Shown: positions 47,803 to 59,074, counted from the stretch's first letter. The stretch is 64,000 nt of DNA from an uncultured Thermoleophilia bacterium (GCA_963702475.1 CAVPCT010000009.1:288001-352000); one strand, 5' to 3'. A program made the numbers and translations. The notes: generated by a model from the letters alone, not told the origin.

Positions 47803-48257
47803 GTGGGCACGATGAAGGTGAGCTTGTACTTGCCGATCTGGATCTCGTCGCCGTCGGCCAGCACCGTGCGGTCGCCGCGGCGGCGGTTCACGTACGTGCC
47901 GTTGAGGCTGCCCTCGTCGACGATGACCCACGACTCCCCCTCGCGCACGACGACGGCGTGGTTGCGGGACACCGTGACATCGTCGAGGAAGATGGCGGCG
48001 TCGGGGTGACGGCCGATGGCCACGCGGTCGGCGCGCAGCGCGTATGTCTCGCCGGCGCGGCCGCCGCCGCTGCGGATGACCAGGCAGGCGTCGTCGCCGG
48101 CCACGCAGGCGAGGGGATTGGCCTCGCCGTCCTCCTCCCCAGGCACGAAGCTCAGGGTGGTGGCGGACTCGGGCTGGTCGGCGATGAGGCTGACGCCGCA
48201 GCGGACGCAGAAACTGGCTCCCTCCGAGTTGCGGATGCCGCACTCCGGACAGAACAC
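47799..48257 (-). CDS. Zinc-ribbon + FHA domain protein (GarA-like)
   Basis: CPECG..N....FCVRCG; GRHP..IFLDDVTVSRNH, GSLNGTYVN. Confidence 0.9.
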   Translation of the reverse strand: MFCPECGIRNSEGASFCVRCGVSLIADQPESATTLSFVPGEEDGEANPLACVAGDDACLVIRSGGGRAGETYALRADRVAIGRHPDAAIFLDDVTVSRNHAVVVREGESWVIVDEGSLNGTYVNRRRGDRTVLADGDEIQIGKYKLTFIVPT

Positions 48258-48258
48258 G

Positions 48259-48531
48259 TCACACGTCTCCCGGGTCCTCCGGGTCGGCAGGGCCCGGGCC
48301 CTGGCCGGCCAGGATACGCGACAGACGCTCGACGTCCACCTCGGTGATGATCGGCGCTCCTTCGTTGTGCTTGCGCTGCAGACGGAGCACCAGCTCCGCG
48401 CGCAGGATGTCGAGCTTGCCGTGCAGGATGCGGCGGCGGCGAGAGATCTCGCGCTCCTCCGTCTCGAGCTCGGCAACCAGGGCGCGCAACTCCTCGTCGG
48501 AACGCGAGACAAGGTCGACGATGTCGTCCAT
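48259..48531 (-). CDS. RsiG-like anti-sigma factor with one c-di-GMP motif
   Basis: EREISRRRRILHGKLD fits E(X3)S(X2)R(X3)[Q/H](X3)D; 90-aa coiled coil. Confidence 0.7.
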   Translation of the reverse strand: MDDIVDLVSRSDEELRALVAELETEEREISRRRRILHGKLDILRAELVLRLQRKHNEGAPIITEVDVERLSRILAGQGPGPADPEDPGDV

Positions 48532-48587
48532 GGAGCTTCTCCTCGTGATGCGTGGAGGGCTGAACGCCGATGCTACCTGACCGACCC

Positions 48588-49178
48588 TCAACGTTCAAGC
48601 TCAGGTTGAGGCAACGGCGGCGAGGTCTCGTCCTCGGCGGCTACTTCGACGCGCACGACGCCGCGTTCCTCGAGTGCGGCGATGGCCTCAAGGGCGTCGT
48701 ATTCGTCCGCGTGCGCGCCCAGCAGCAGTCCGTGGACCACATCGCCGAGCCGGCGCGCGCCGGGGCCCAGGTAGCCGAGGACGCGCGCCTCGAGCGGGTC
48801 GCGCGGCGCGCCGGTGACCAGTCGGATCCTGGACGGCGCCGGCAGGCGCTTGCGCAGCCGTCTGGTCTCGTCCAGCCGGCGCATGCCCTCCATGAGCAGC
48901 GTCTCAACGGCCAGACTGGCACCCTCGGCCTCGTCGAGGGACGGGTCTTTCTCGAAGCAGAAGGACCCGTCACGCTGCGCCAGCAGGGCGTAGAACGACT
49001 TTTCGGGCGAGAGCGACCCGCAGCGGGCGCCCACGATGCTCCCCCTGCGGAACTGGAGCTCGCCCTTCTCGTCTCCCTGCTCCGTGTACACGGTCAGGCG
49101 GCCCGTCTTTCGCCCCACGGACGTCATCTGCACGAGGTCCGAGAACGGAAGCTCATCGAGACCTCCGGTCAAGCCCAC
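48588..49178 (-). CDS. DUF4388 domain protein
   Basis: LTGGLDELPFSDLVQM....KTGRL, LLMEGMRRLDE. Confidence 0.78.
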   Translation of the reverse strand: MGLTGGLDELPFSDLVQMTSVGRKTGRLTVYTEQGDEKGELQFRRGSIVGARCGSLSPEKSFYALLAQRDGSFCFEKDPSLDEAEGASLAVETLLMEGMRRLDETRRLRKRLPAPSRIRLVTGAPRDPLEARVLGYLGPGARRLGDVVHGLLLGAHADEYDALEAIAALEERGVVRVEVAAEDETSPPLPQPELER

Positions 49179-49370
49179 GTCTCCGTCTCCCTTGCTCGCC
49201 GCCGTGCGCAGAAGGCGGACACGGCTTCGCTTCTCCATCCTGCCTCTCGTCATCGGCCACTCATGCCGAGAGCATGAGACGACGATACAGGGGCCACGAC
49301 GGCGAGGTATATACTTCGCTCGCCGTGGGCCGCAATGGCCCGTGGGTCGGGGGGACGGGAGGAGCGCAGG

Positions 49371-49856
49371 GTGGCGCGACGCAAGGGACTGGTCATCAAC
49401 GACAGGCAGCTCGACCGCTGCGACGACCTTCTCGCAAAGCTGAAGGAGGTGTCCGGATCGAGCTTCCTCGCGCTCATCAGCACCTCGGGCCAGCCCATCA
49501 CCACGGCGTCGGACGCGTACCACCCGGAGACCCTCTCTCTCGCCTCGCTCGCCGCGAGCTCGTTCGCCGCCACACAACAGCTCGCCAAGATCCTCGACGA
49601 GAACGAGTTCACGCTGCTGTTCCACGAGGGCAAAGGCCTGAACCTGCACGTCTCGCAGGTCACGGACCAGGTGCTCCTCATCGTCACCTTCGGACGCGAC
49701 ACGCAGGTGGGCAAGGTCCGCCTGTACACTCAGCGCGCCATCGAGTCCCTCCGCCAGATCTTCGAGGGGCCGGACGAGGAATCGACGCAGGTCATGGACG
49801 CGGACTTCGAGACGGCCGCCGGCGACGCGATGGACGACCTCTTCAAGGACCTGTGA
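49371..49856 (+). CDS. mglB: Roadblock/LC7 protein MglB
   Basis: SLASLAASSFAATQQLAKILDE.EF..LFHEG, GKVRL; upstream of mglA. Confidence 0.85.
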   Translation: MARRKGLVINDRQLDRCDDLLAKLKEVSGSSFLALISTSGQPITTASDAYHPETLSLASLAASSFAATQQLAKILDENEFTLLFHEGKGLNLHVSQVTDQVLLIVTFGRDTQVGKVRLYTQRAIESLRQIFEGPDEESTQVMDADFETAAGDAMDDLFKDL

Positions 49857-49866
49857 GGATTCACCG

Positions 49867-50445
49867 ATGCCGCTGATCAACTTCGCCGCACGCGAGATCA
49901 ACTACAAGATCGTGTACTACGGCTGCGGACTGTGCGGGAAGACCACCAACCTCCAGTACATCCACCGCAAGATCAACCCGGATGCCCGCGGCAAGCTCGT
50001 CAGCATCGCCACCGAAGAGGAGCGCACGCTGTACTTCGACTTCATGCCGCTGACGCTCGGGACTGTGAAGGGCATGCAGACGAGGTTCCACCTCTACACG
50101 GTGCCGGGACAGAGCTACTACAACGCCAGCCGCAAGCTGGTGCTCCAGGGCGTGGACGGCGTGATCTTCGTGGCCGACTCCCAGATCACGCGCCTCGACG
50201 AGAACGTGGAGAGCTACCTGAACCTCTGGGACAACCTGCTCAGCCAGGGCGACGACCTCACCAAGCTCGGCTTCGTCATCCAGATGAACAAGCGCGACCT
50301 CACCGACATCTTCTCGGTGAGCGACCTCAACGAGCTGCTCAACCACACCCAGTCGCCGGTGATCGAGAGCAGCGCCGTATCGGGCGGCGGCGTGTTCGAG
50401 ACGCTCAAGACCGTCTGCAAGCAGGTCATCGCCAAGACGGGGTGA
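49867..50445 (+). CDS. mglA: Small GTPase MglA
   Basis: INF..REIN.KIVYYG.GL.GKTTNL, RTLYFDF, YTVPGQ, NKRDL. Confidence 0.92.
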   Translation: MPLINFAAREINYKIVYYGCGLCGKTTNLQYIHRKINPDARGKLVSIATEEERTLYFDFMPLTLGTVKGMQTRFHLYTVPGQSYYNASRKLVLQGVDGVIFVADSQITRLDENVESYLNLWDNLLSQGDDLTKLGFVIQMNKRDLTDIFSVSDLNELLNHTQSPVIESSAVSGGGVFETLKTVCKQVIAKTG

Positions 50446-50457
50446 GCCGGCGGCGGC

Positions 50458-52326
50458 TCAGGTCCCGACGCGTTTGACCCAGTCGAGCGGTTCGTAGCGC
50501 GAGACGAAGGTGTCCTTGAACAGGACCTTGCCGGCCGTGTCGCGCACGGTGCGCACGACGCGCACGCTTCGTCCGTCGATGCCCTGCTCCCAGCGGACGA
50601 CCCCGGGACCAAGGTCGGAATCGTAGATGAGGCGCGGGTGGCTCTTGCCGTACGACGGCTTGCGCACGTCGTAGAACCCGCTGGTCTCGAAGCTGGCCTC
50701 CCTCCCCGTCTTGCCGACGATGGCCACGGTGAGGTGGTCACCCTCCACCCAGCTGCGGATCATGAGCGGCTTGCCCGTGTCGTTGCGGAACTTGAGGTCG
50801 GCGCTGCCCCAGGACACGGTGGCGTCGCGGCCGATCGGGTAGTGCGAGATGTACAGGGAGTGCGCCTCGCGCTCCACGATGGGCAGGCCCGCGACCAAGG
50901 CCGCGTTGAACAGCGTGGTCGCGTACTGGCAGATGCCCCCGCCGACGCCCTGGCGCAGGACCATGTCGGAGGCGATGACGGGGGCGTAGTCGAAACCGCG
51001 GTTGGTGGTGCGCGGCCCCATCGTCCCGTTGAGGGAGAAGACGTCTCCGGGCTGGATCACAGTGCCGTCGACGAGCTTGGCGGCGCGCCCTATGTTGGTG
51101 GCGCGCGCCGTGTTGCGAGGGTCGAAGTACGTCACGAATTGCGACCCGAGCGACGCCAGGCCCATGGTCTGCACGTCCTCCGTGCTCAGCTTGGGCCAGG
51201 CGCTCGTGAGCGCGACGAACACCGTGCGCAGACCGCCGCTCGTGGCCGCGTCGTCGAGGTCCTCGAGCAGCACGTCCATGTCCAGGACCATGCCCTCGCG
51301 GCTGGGCTCCACAGTGATCCAGCCCTCGTCGTGCACGACGATGCGGGCGTCGCGCGCCGGCGTCTCCGCGAAGCTGAACAAGCGGTGGAGCACGGCCCTG
51401 GCCTCGGCGTTGCGGAAGGTGAGCGGGTACTCGTCGGCGGAGGACCCCTTGTTGACGCTGAGCATCCCGGCCATGAGCGCCGGCGTGAGGACGACCTCCC
51501 GGTCGCGGTAGCGCAAGGTGATGGGCCGCGACAGGTACAGGTCCGCGGCCCCTGCCCGGGAGCGCGCTTCGGCCGTGCTCACCTGCGGCGCCACGGCCTT
51601 CATCGGCACGGCTCCGGCGTACGCCTTGCCGGCGGAGACTGCCGCGGTGACGGCGCGGGCCAGGGCGGAGACGTCGACGCCGGAGCCGTCTCTGGAAGGC
51701 GCGACGCCCACCGTGCCGCCGCCGATCTTGAGGCGCGCGTCGCGCGGCGGCACGTCGACCTCCGCGGCGACACCTTCGAGCCCCTGCGTGAAGCCCGCCG
51801 CGTCGACGCGCACGACGGGTGCCACGTCTCCCCCGCTCCCGGGCAGCCAGACGTCGCCGACGAGCGGGACGTCGTGCCGCCCGGAGGCCAGCGCAGCGTC
51901 TGCGGTCGCCGCGAGGTCGACGCTCACGCCCAGCTGCGACAGCGGCAAGAAGAAGCGCTCGCCCGACGGCGCGATGAGCGTGACGGTCTGCACGCGGGGG
52001 ACGACCTCGCGCGCGAGCACGGAGTGCACCTGCGCGCGCGTGAGCCCCTGTACTGGCACACCGGCGACGGTGACGCCGTCGCCGGCGCGGCCGGCCACGG
52101 CGAGTTGCATGATGAGGAAGCCGGCGGCGAGGACGAGGAGGACGGCGACCGACGTCGCCGCCCACACGTGTCGCCGGTACCACGCCCCGAAGGCGCGCAG
52201 GCGACCGCCGCGCAGAGCCCCGGCGCAGCTCTCCCGCGCCCCGAGGACCGCGGCCGTACCCGACGGCGGCTCCGTTTCGACGGCCGCCGTCACGTTCGAG
52301 CGCTGACTCATCATGCCGTCACCCAT
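50458..52326 (-). CDS. VanW family protein with peptidoglycan-binding repeats
   Basis: TM anchor, R..NI..AA, FSLN, GGGICQYATTLFNA, GRDATV, DLKFRN; start uncertain. Confidence 0.85.
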   Translation of the reverse strand: MGDGMMSQRSNVTAAVETEPPSGTAAVLGARESCAGALRGGRLRAFGAWYRRHVWAATSVAVLLVLAAGFLIMQLAVAGRAGDGVTVAGVPVQGLTRAQVHSVLAREVVPRVQTVTLIAPSGERFFLPLSQLGVSVDLAATADAALASGRHDVPLVGDVWLPGSGGDVAPVVRVDAAGFTQGLEGVAAEVDVPPRDARLKIGGGTVGVAPSRDGSGVDVSALARAVTAAVSAGKAYAGAVPMKAVAPQVSTAEARSRAGAADLYLSRPITLRYRDREVVLTPALMAGMLSVNKGSSADEYPLTFRNAEARAVLHRLFSFAETPARDARIVVHDEGWITVEPSREGMVLDMDVLLEDLDDAATSGGLRTVFVALTSAWPKLSTEDVQTMGLASLGSQFVTYFDPRNTARATNIGRAAKLVDGTVIQPGDVFSLNGTMGPRTTNRGFDYAPVIASDMVLRQGVGGGICQYATTLFNAALVAGLPIVEREAHSLYISHYPIGRDATVSWGSADLKFRNDTGKPLMIRSWVEGDHLTVAIVGKTGREASFETSGFYDVRKPSYGKSHPRLIYDSDLGPGVVRWEQGIDGRSVRVVRTVRDTAGKVLFKDTFVSRYEPLDWVKRVGT

Positions 52327-52432
52327 ACGAGCATTGTACGGCAGGGGTTCGCGGCGCTCTTCCCGCGTCCTGCGCGGCAACGCCGGCCGACCCGGCGCAG
52401 GCGGCGTCGCCGTCGGGGTCGCGGCGGTCGCG

Positions 52433-54955
52433 CTACCCGTTCTCGCGGATCACGCCGCGCACGATCTCGAGCAGCTGCTCAGCCAGACGCTCGGACGCCA
52501 TGCGGTTGCGGCCCTCAGCGTACACGTGGAACACGGGCTCGTCGGCGTCGGGCAGCAGCTGCACCCAGCCGCCCTCGCTGTGCACCTGGATGCCGTCCAC
52601 GAGGCTGATCTCGTCGCCGTCCGCGGCCGTGCGCTGCAGGTGCTCGGTGGCGGTGCGCATGACCGTGCCCTTGAGGGTCCACGGGCACGCCACCGTCTTG
52701 TGCACGAGCGTGCTGGCCGGGATCTGCGCCAGCTGCTCGCTGAGCGGGAGCGCCTGTGGGGCGAGCAGCTCGAGGAGCTTGCCGAGGCTCATGACGGCGT
52801 CGTACGCCGGCACCATCTCGGGGAAGATGTACCCCCCTCCCAGGGTGCCGGCGAACACGACGCCGTCGGCCAGCGAGGCCTTGGCCAGCTCCGGCAACGA
52901 CACCTTGGTGCGGTCGATCTCCACATCGAACTCGCCGGCCAGGCTCTCGGCGAGACGCGTCACGGTGAGCGGCAGCACGATCCTGTCGCCACGTCCGGCG
53001 TTCTGTGCGACGAGCTTGACCAGGAGCAGCAGGGCCTTCTCGAGCGGGACCTCGTGCCCCTGGTCGTCGACCAGGAAGATGCGCTCGGCGCCGGGGCCGA
53101 TGACCACGCCCAGGTCGGCCTCCATCGTGGTGACCAGACGCTGGACCTCCTGGATGTTGCGGCCCAGCTCTTCGGCGCTGATACTGGCGTGCCGCTTGTC
53201 GCTGAAGGCGCGCATGCTGAGCACCTCGGCCTCCAGGTCGCCGAGGATGCTGGGCAGCGCCAGGGACGCCGGTGAGTACGAGTAGTCGATCACCAGCCGG
53301 TACGCGCGGCTGCGGATGCGCTCGATGTCCCAGGCGGTGTGCAGGGCCCGCACGTAGGTCTCCATGGCCCTGTCGGGGAACTCGAGCTCGCCGAACTCGC
53401 TGTAGAACGCCCGCCGGAAGTCGCGACGGCCGTAGTACTTCTCGATGTCCTTCTGGCGCTTCTCGCTCAGGCTGATGCCCGGCGGCTCGAACACCTGGAT
53501 CTGGATCATCTCGGGGTCCCAGCTGGAGATGCGCACGTGCATCCCGCCCTGGGACGCCCCGCTCTTGACCTCGAAGCGATTCACCGCGCTGCTGGCGACG
53601 CGCAGGTCGCGGACCACGACGCCGGTGGAGCTGAGGCCGCAGATGAGAGCGCGCTTGATGACCCGCGACGCCGGATGGGCGTCGCGGCTCGTGGTCACTC
53701 GCGCGCCCTTCTTGAGCACGGTGCCGTACGCCATGGCCACGTTGAGGGCCAGCTCCGCCGTGATGTCGACGTTGATGAGGCCGACGATGCCGTCGCGCCC
53801 GAACAGCTGCGCGCTCCCGCGCGACTCCCAGATGATGCTGGAGTGGACCTGGGCGCCCGCCTCGACCGTCTTGTACGGGTAGATCTTGACGTCCGGGGCC
53901 ACGTAGGCCTGCTCGCCGATGACACTCTCGTCGCCGATCGCCACGCCCTCGCTGAACGTGGCGCCGGCCTTGACGTCGCAGTTGCGGCCGAGGATCGTCC
54001 CGTAGACCTTGGCCGAGGAGCCGATGTAGGTGTTGGACCCGACGACGCTGTTGCGCACGTCCGCATGGTCCTTGACCACCACGTTGTTGCCCAGGACCGT
54101 GTAGCGCCCGATGTTGGCCGTCGGCGCGATCTTGGCGTAGTTGCCGATATAGGCCGGGCCCGTGATGTTCTCGAGCGAGTCGAGGTTGATGCTCTCGCCG
54201 ACGAAGATGCGGTCGTGCAACTCGATGCCGGGGATCTCGGCAGTGAGCTTGCCGTCGAGCAGGTCGCGATTGGCGGCCAGATACTGCGGCAGGCTGCCGA
54301 TGTCCTGCCAGTACCCATCGGCGACGTACCCGTAGAGGGGCGCGCCCATGGCGAACAGTTTGGGGAACAGGTCCTGGCTGAAGTCGAACGGGCCGTCGGC
54401 GGGGATGTGGTCGAAGACCTCCGGCTCGAGGATGTAGATGCCGGTGTTGACGGTGTCGCTGAAGACCTGGCCCCAGGTGGGCTTCTCGAGGAAGCGCTCG
54501 ATCCCGCCTTCTTCGTTGACGACGACGACACCGAACTCGAGGGGGTTCTCCACGCGTTTGAGAGCGATGGTGACCATGGCGCCGCGCTGCCTGTGGAACG
54601 CCAGGATCCCGCCGAGGTCGAAGTCGGTGAGGGCGTCGCCGCTGATGACGATGAAGGTGTCGTCGCGCAGGGCGTCCTCGGCCAGCTTGACGCTCCCGGC
54701 GGTGCCGGCCGGGGACTGCTCCACCGAGTACTGCATGCCCATGCCGAGGGCCGAACCGTCACCGAAGTAGTCGCGGATGGCCTTGGGCAGGAACATCAGA
54801 GTGACGACGGTCTCGTCGATACCGTGGCGGCGCAGCAGCTCGAGGATGTACTCCATGCACGGCTTGCCGCAGAGCGAGACCATAGGCTTGGGCTGGTTGC
54901 TGGTCAGCGGCCGCAGGCGGGTGCCCTCGCCGCCGGCCATGACGACTGCACGCAC
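52433..54955 (-). CDS. Mannose-1-phosphate guanylyltransferase / phosphomannomutase-like fusion
   Basis: [27 protein letters not shown], hexapeptide region, LFGRDG and PGM/PMM-like domains. Confidence 0.88.
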   Translation of the reverse strand: MRAVVMAGGEGTRLRPLTSNQPKPMVSLCGKPCMEYILELLRRHGIDETVVTLMFLPKAIRDYFGDGSALGMGMQYSVEQSPAGTAGSVKLAEDALRDDTFIVISGDALTDFDLGGILAFHRQRGAMVTIALKRVENPLEFGVVVVNEEGGIERFLEKPTWGQVFSDTVNTGIYILEPEVFDHIPADGPFDFSQDLFPKLFAMGAPLYGYVADGYWQDIGSLPQYLAANRDLLDGKLTAEIPGIELHDRIFVGESINLDSLENITGPAYIGNYAKIAPTANIGRYTVLGNNVVVKDHADVRNSVVGSNTYIGSSAKVYGTILGRNCDVKAGATFSEGVAIGDESVIGEQAYVAPDVKIYPYKTVEAGAQVHSSIIWESRGSAQLFGRDGIVGLINVDITAELALNVAMAYGTVLKKGARVTTSRDAHPASRVIKRALICGLSSTGVVVRDLRVASSAVNRFEVKSGASQGGMHVRISSWDPEMIQIQVFEPPGISLSEKRQKDIEKYYGRRDFRRAFYSEFGELEFPDRAMETYVRALHTAWDIERIRSRAYRLVIDYSYSPASLALPSILGDLEAEVLSMRAFSDKRHASISAEELGRNIQEVQRLVTTMEADLGVVIGPGAERIFLVDDQGHEVPLEKALLLLVKLVAQNAGRGDRIVLPLTVTRLAESLAGEFDVEIDRTKVSLPELAKASLADGVVFAGTLGGGYIFPEMVPAYDAVMSLGKLLELLAPQALPLSEQLAQIPASTLVHKTVACPWTLKGTVMRTATEHLQRTAADGDEISLVDGIQVHSEGGWVQLLPDADEPVFHVYAEGRNRMASERLAEQLLEIVRGVIRENG

Positions 54956-55013
54956 GTGCCTCACCTGTTCTTTCGCCCCAGGGGATCGGTGGGTTGCTGC
55001 TGCCGGAATCCTA

Positions 55014-55577
55014 TCAGAGGGCCCGCGGCCGGGCCCGGCCGCGGGCGCTCATGACCCAGACGATCGCCCGATACCCATAGAGCAGGCCGGCGGCCACGTA
55101 CAGGGTGGCGCCGACGGCCCAGAAAGCCCAGCCGACCGCGCGTACGTCGATGATGAACCACTGGATGGCACAGATGAGGATGAAGTTGCTGGCCTTGCCC
55201 CAACGGCTGATCTGCGGACCCTGGTCGGTGTAGCGCCGCATCGGCACCGCGAGCGCCAGGATGACGCCGTCGCGGATCAGGAGCGGCAGCACGGCCCACC
55301 AGGGGAGCGTGTCGAAGTACCACAGCATGGCGACGAGCGCGAAAAAGAAGACGCGGTCGACGATGGGGTCGACCCAGCGGCCGAACTCACTCTGCACGTC
55401 ATACCGGCGGGCGATGAGGCCGTCGGCCACGTCGCTCAGCGCCGCGAACAGGACGATCCATGCCGTCGTCCAGGCGGCGTGCTCATGATAGAGCGCGTAG
55501 GTCCAGACGACGAAGGGCAGGGACGCGGCGCGGGCCACCGTGAGGATGTTGGGCAGGTGGCGGACGACGCGGGACAT
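55014..55577 (-). CDS. CDP-alcohol phosphatidyltransferase
   Basis: [20 protein letters not shown]...[11 protein letters not shown]. Confidence 0.88.
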   Translation of the reverse strand: MSRVVRHLPNILTVARAASLPFVVWTYALYHEHAAWTTAWIVLFAALSDVADGLIARRYDVQSEFGRWVDPIVDRVFFFALVAMLWYFDTLPWWAVLPLLIRDGVILALAVPMRRYTDQGPQISRWGKASNFILICAIQWFIIDVRAVGWAFWAVGATLYVAAGLLYGYRAIVWVMSARGRARPRAL

Positions 55578-55738
55578 GCGTCGGAGTGTACCAGCCGGTC
55601 GGCCTCGCTTCGCGCCGGTGCGCGCTGACGTCCATCACGCCCCCATTCAGGCCTATACTTGCGATTGCCGGACCTGGTCGCGCACCAGCCCACATCCCGG
55701 CACACTTGGGTGCCGGGGCCGACTGAGGGGGGCGTCAC

Positions 55739-57583
55739 ATGGAGCAGTCACGGACCCGACCTTCGACCCACGGCGCACACTGGCCCATCCTTCTCCTGCT
55801 GCTCGCAACGGTCGTGCTGCTGGCCGCCAGCGTAGCGGTCGCGGCCGGCGGCGCGAGCGCGCCCGCCGTGTCGGCGTCGCCGCACAGCACCCAGACTCCC
55901 GTACCCCGCGGTTCGGCGATCAAGCTCTGGGACATCATGAACGTGTACGCCGTCGACAACGGCGGCGTGTCACCGACGGTCCAACTGAACGACGACTACT
56001 TCATCACCGAGATCTGGACCTACCACTGGAACTACGGGCACGGGGCCCAACCGGGCACCATCTCGCTGAGGACGCTCTACGGCTACGACTTCGGACCGTG
56101 GGACGCCACGACCACCCCGGGGCAGGGAGGCGTTCGCAACGCCAACTGGGTCGTGAAGCCGATGCAGGTCATCCCGGCCGGTGCGTACTACGTCATCGAC
56201 TCGGACCCGTCGACCTGGTCGCAGAACTCCGCCACCGGCCACCAGGGCATGACCTGGGCCTACGGTACCCTGGCCACGTCCAGCCCGAGCCCGTCGCCCA
56301 CGACGTCCCCGAGCCCGACGCCGACCCCCACCCCGACACACTCCCCCTCCCCCACTCCGACACCTACGCAGACGCCGACCCCCACCCCGACACCGACGAC
56401 CAGTCCATCGCCGGTCGACCCCACGACGGGCTGGACCACGCAGCCGTCGGGGACGACCTCGACACTGCACGGCACCGCCGCCACGGACACGTCGCATAGC
56501 TGGGCAGTGGGCGATGGAGGCACCATCGTCACGACGAGCAACGGCGGGCAGACATGGGCCGACCAGGACTCGGGGACGACTGCCAGCCTGCGCGACGTCT
56601 TCTTCCTCGGCGGCGGCTCGGCACAGGCCAAGGGCATCTCCGCGAGCCGCGGCTGGGCGGTCGGCGACGGCGGCACGATCCTGGCGACCCAGAACGGCGG
56701 GGCGAGCTGGGCCAAGCAGCAGTCCGGCACCACATCCGACCTCCTCGGAGTGACCTTCACCGACGCCCAGCGGGGCTATGCGGTCGGCACCAACGGAGCC
56801 ATCCTCGTGACCATGAACGGTGGCACCAGCTGGACCACACGCCCGAGCCCCGGTGCCGTGACGCTGACCGACGTCACGTTCGCCGATGCCATGCGCGGCT
56901 GGGCGGTCGGTTCCGGCGGGACGATCCTCTCCACGCCGAACGCCGGCGCCACGTGGACGCAGCAGACTTCGGGCAGCGGCGTCCAGCTCACCTCCGTCAG
57001 CTTCGCGAACGGCACCAACGGCTGGGCGGCGGGTGCCGGCGGCACTATCCTCTCCACGACGAACGGCGGTACCACCTGGCTGCCGCAGGCCGTGGGCGCC
57101 GGTGGCATCGACCTCAACGCGATCGCCTTCGTCGACGCGCAGCGCGGCTTTGCCGTCGGGGCCGGCGGCAACGTCCTGACGACCCAGAACGGCGGCATCA
57201 CCTGGGCCGTGAAGAAGCTGCTCGCCGACCGGGCGCTCCTCGGCCTCGTCTTCCCCTCCCTCATGAAGGGGTGGGTGGTCGGTCAGCGCGGCACCATCCT
57301 CTTCACCGACACCGGGGGGATGCCGCCAAGGCCGATCGTCTCATCACTGAAGCCGGCGTCCGGCAAGCGCAAGGCGGTGGTGACCGTCAACGGGGCCAAC
57401 TTCGGAGCAGCGCGCGGTACGAGCTACGTACGCTTCGGGTCGGCGAAGTGCTCGTCGTACCTCATCTGGACGCAGACCAAGATCATCTGCAAGGTGCCTG
57501 CGAAGGCGAAGAAGGGCAAGGTGCAGGTCGCCGTGACGACGGTCCTGGGCCGCAGCAACGCCAAGTCGTTCAAGGTGAAGTGA
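55739..57583 (+). CDS. Secreted protein: unknown N-domain, Pro/Thr linker, YCF48-like propeller, IPT/TIG domain
   Basis: Signal peptide; repeats of GWAVG.GGTIL.T.NGG.TW; C-terminal VTVNGANFG..RG.S.V.FG. Confidence 0.85.
   Translation: MEQSRTRPSTHGAHWPILLLLLATVVLLAASVAVAAGGASAPAVSASPHSTQTPVPRGSAIKLWDIMNVYAVDNGGVSPTVQLNDDYFITEIWTYHWNYGHGAQPGTISLRTLYGYDFGPWDATTTPGQGGVRNANWVVKPMQVIPAGAYYVIDSDPSTWSQNSATGHQGMTWAYGTLATSSPSPSPTTSPSPTPTPTPTHSPSPTPTPTQTPTPTPTPTTSPSPVDPTTGWTTQPSGTTSTLHGTAATDTSHSWAVGDGGTIVTTSNGGQTWADQDSGTTASLRDVFFLGGGSAQAKGISASRGWAVGDGGTILATQNGGASWAKQQSGTTSDLLGVTFTDAQRGYAVGTNGAILVTMNGGTSWTTRPSPGAVTLTDVTFADAMRGWAVGSGGTILSTPNAGATWTQQTSGSGVQLTSVSFANGTNGWAAGAGGTILSTTNGGTTWLPQAVGAGGIDLNAIAFVDAQRGFAVGAGGNVLTTQNGGITWAVKKLLADRALLGLVFPSLMKGWVVGQRGTILFTDTGGMPPRPIVSSLKPASGKRKAVVTVNGANFGAARGTSYVRFGSAKCSSYLIWTQTKIICKVPAKAKKGKVQVAVTTVLGRSNAKSFKVK
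56276..56413 (+). repeat. Low-complexity Pro/Thr/Ser linker
   Basis: (SP/TP)n codon repeats between domains. Confidence 0.8.
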
Positions 57584-57609
57584 CGAGGACTGGACGACAG
57601 AACCGACCC

Positions 57610-58488
57610 ATGCAACACCCGCGGATCATCCGCGTCTGGTGCTTCGGCGACAGCACCTCCGACAACGGCGCCGCACACCGCCTGACGACCGCGCTGGTCC
57701 GGAGGCTTGGGGCGTCGCCTGAGGCTACGGTCCTGGCGGCGCCGCCTGCGTACCCCAGCGGCCGCTTCACCAACGGCCCCACTGCTGTGGAAGTGCTGGC
57801 CGCGGAACTCGGCGCCGCCCTGCACGACTTCGCCGTGGGCGGCGCCCTGAGCGGCTACGGCAACTACTACGCCTGGATCGACCACTTCGAACAGACCGGC
57901 CTCCTCGCCCAGGTGGACGCCTTCACGGCCCGGCTCGCGGGAGCAACCGCGGATCCACACGCGCTCTACGTCGTCCAGCTCGCCGGCAACGACTACGCCG
58001 CCTGGGCCGACGGCGTGCTCGCCGGACCGGCGACTGTGGACGATGTGGCGCGGGCGATGGCCGCCAACGAGTGCGAAGCCGTGCGCCGGCTGACCCTGGC
58101 GGGGGCCCGGCGCCTCCTGGTGATCGGCCCGAAGCTCGTCTCCATCTGCCCGTGGGAGGTGACCGCCGGCCGCACTGGCCTCGCCGGCGGCTTCACGTAC
58201 GCCCTCAACGGACTCCTCCCTGCCGAGCTGGACAGGCTGCACTCCCAGCTCGGGGTGGAGGTCGTCTACTTCGACCTCGTGTCTGCCTGGCGCCGGCTTC
58301 GCGTCGCGGCCAGCTCGTACGGGCTCACCGAGCTGGACCGCCCGTTCATCCGCACCTACCCGGAGTACGTTCCGGGCGTGGGCGACCCCGACACCTACTT
58401 CTTCTGGGACGAGTCCCACGCGACGGCCGCCGTGCACCGCGTGCTCGGCGAGCACCTGGCGGCGAGCCTGCCGCGGGACTGGCGGTAG
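57610..58488 (+). CDS. SGNH/GDSL hydrolase
   Basis: FGDSTSDNG, GRFTNGP, AGNDY, FWDESHAT. Confidence 0.88.
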   Translation: MQHPRIIRVWCFGDSTSDNGAAHRLTTALVRRLGASPEATVLAAPPAYPSGRFTNGPTAVEVLAAELGAALHDFAVGGALSGYGNYYAWIDHFEQTGLLAQVDAFTARLAGATADPHALYVVQLAGNDYAAWADGVLAGPATVDDVARAMAANECEAVRRLTLAGARRLLVIGPKLVSICPWEVTAGRTGLAGGFTYALNGLLPAELDRLHSQLGVEVVYFDLVSAWRRLRVAASSYGLTELDRPFIRTYPEYVPGVGDPDTYFFWDESHATAAVHRVLGEHLAASLPRDWR

Positions 58489-58610
58489 CGCCGCGGCCAA
58501 TGCGCCGCCCGCAGCGGCGCTTCTGCCGCCCGCGCCGTGCGGCGCTTCGGCCGCATCCCGCCGGCACGGCGAGCCGGCCGCCGGCCCTGTGGTAGAATGC
58601 CCGCTACGGT

Positions 58611-58688
58611 CGGCGTGTGGCGCAGCCTGGTTAGCGCACTAGTCTGGGGGACTAGGGGTCGCCAGTTCAAATCTGGCCACGCCGACCA
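58611..58688 (+). tRNA. tRNA-Pro(GGG)
   Basis: Acceptor CGGCGTG/CACGCCG, anticodon arm CTAGT-CTGGGGG-ACTAG, TTCAAAT loop, encoded CCA; -10 TAGAAT at 58593. Confidence 0.95.
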
Positions 58689-59074
58689 TTACCTTTTCCC
58701 TGCACACGGCCGCTTGCCGCTTGGTCGGTTCGGCCGTCGTCGGCCCCGTCACAGGCCCGAATGCTCCGGTTTCCGCCGCCGCTCTGCCGCCAGGCCATTC
58801 CCTGCCGCCGCGCGCCTGCTCGCGTGCAGTAGGGCAAGGTGCAGTATCGACGCGATCGACGCATGCACCACCAGAAGGACCGGCGGCGCGAGCCCCCGCT
58901 GCGCGCCGCCGGTCATAGGTGGACCCAGTGTGAGTGCGTCCGTGCTGCCTGTATCGGAGCGGACGGCGCGCGCCACATGGAACAACCGTCTATGCCGTCG
59001 ATGGTTCCACCCGGACGATCCGAGGGCTTGCGACCGCGCTGGACGGGGCGCCTCTCCCCCACGTCGCGCCCGGA

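Noticed and set aside
56276-57310. Repeats as a CRISPR or DNA tandem array
   Set aside because: Protein-level Pro/Thr and propeller repeats with synonymous variation; no CRISPR array or cas genes in the window
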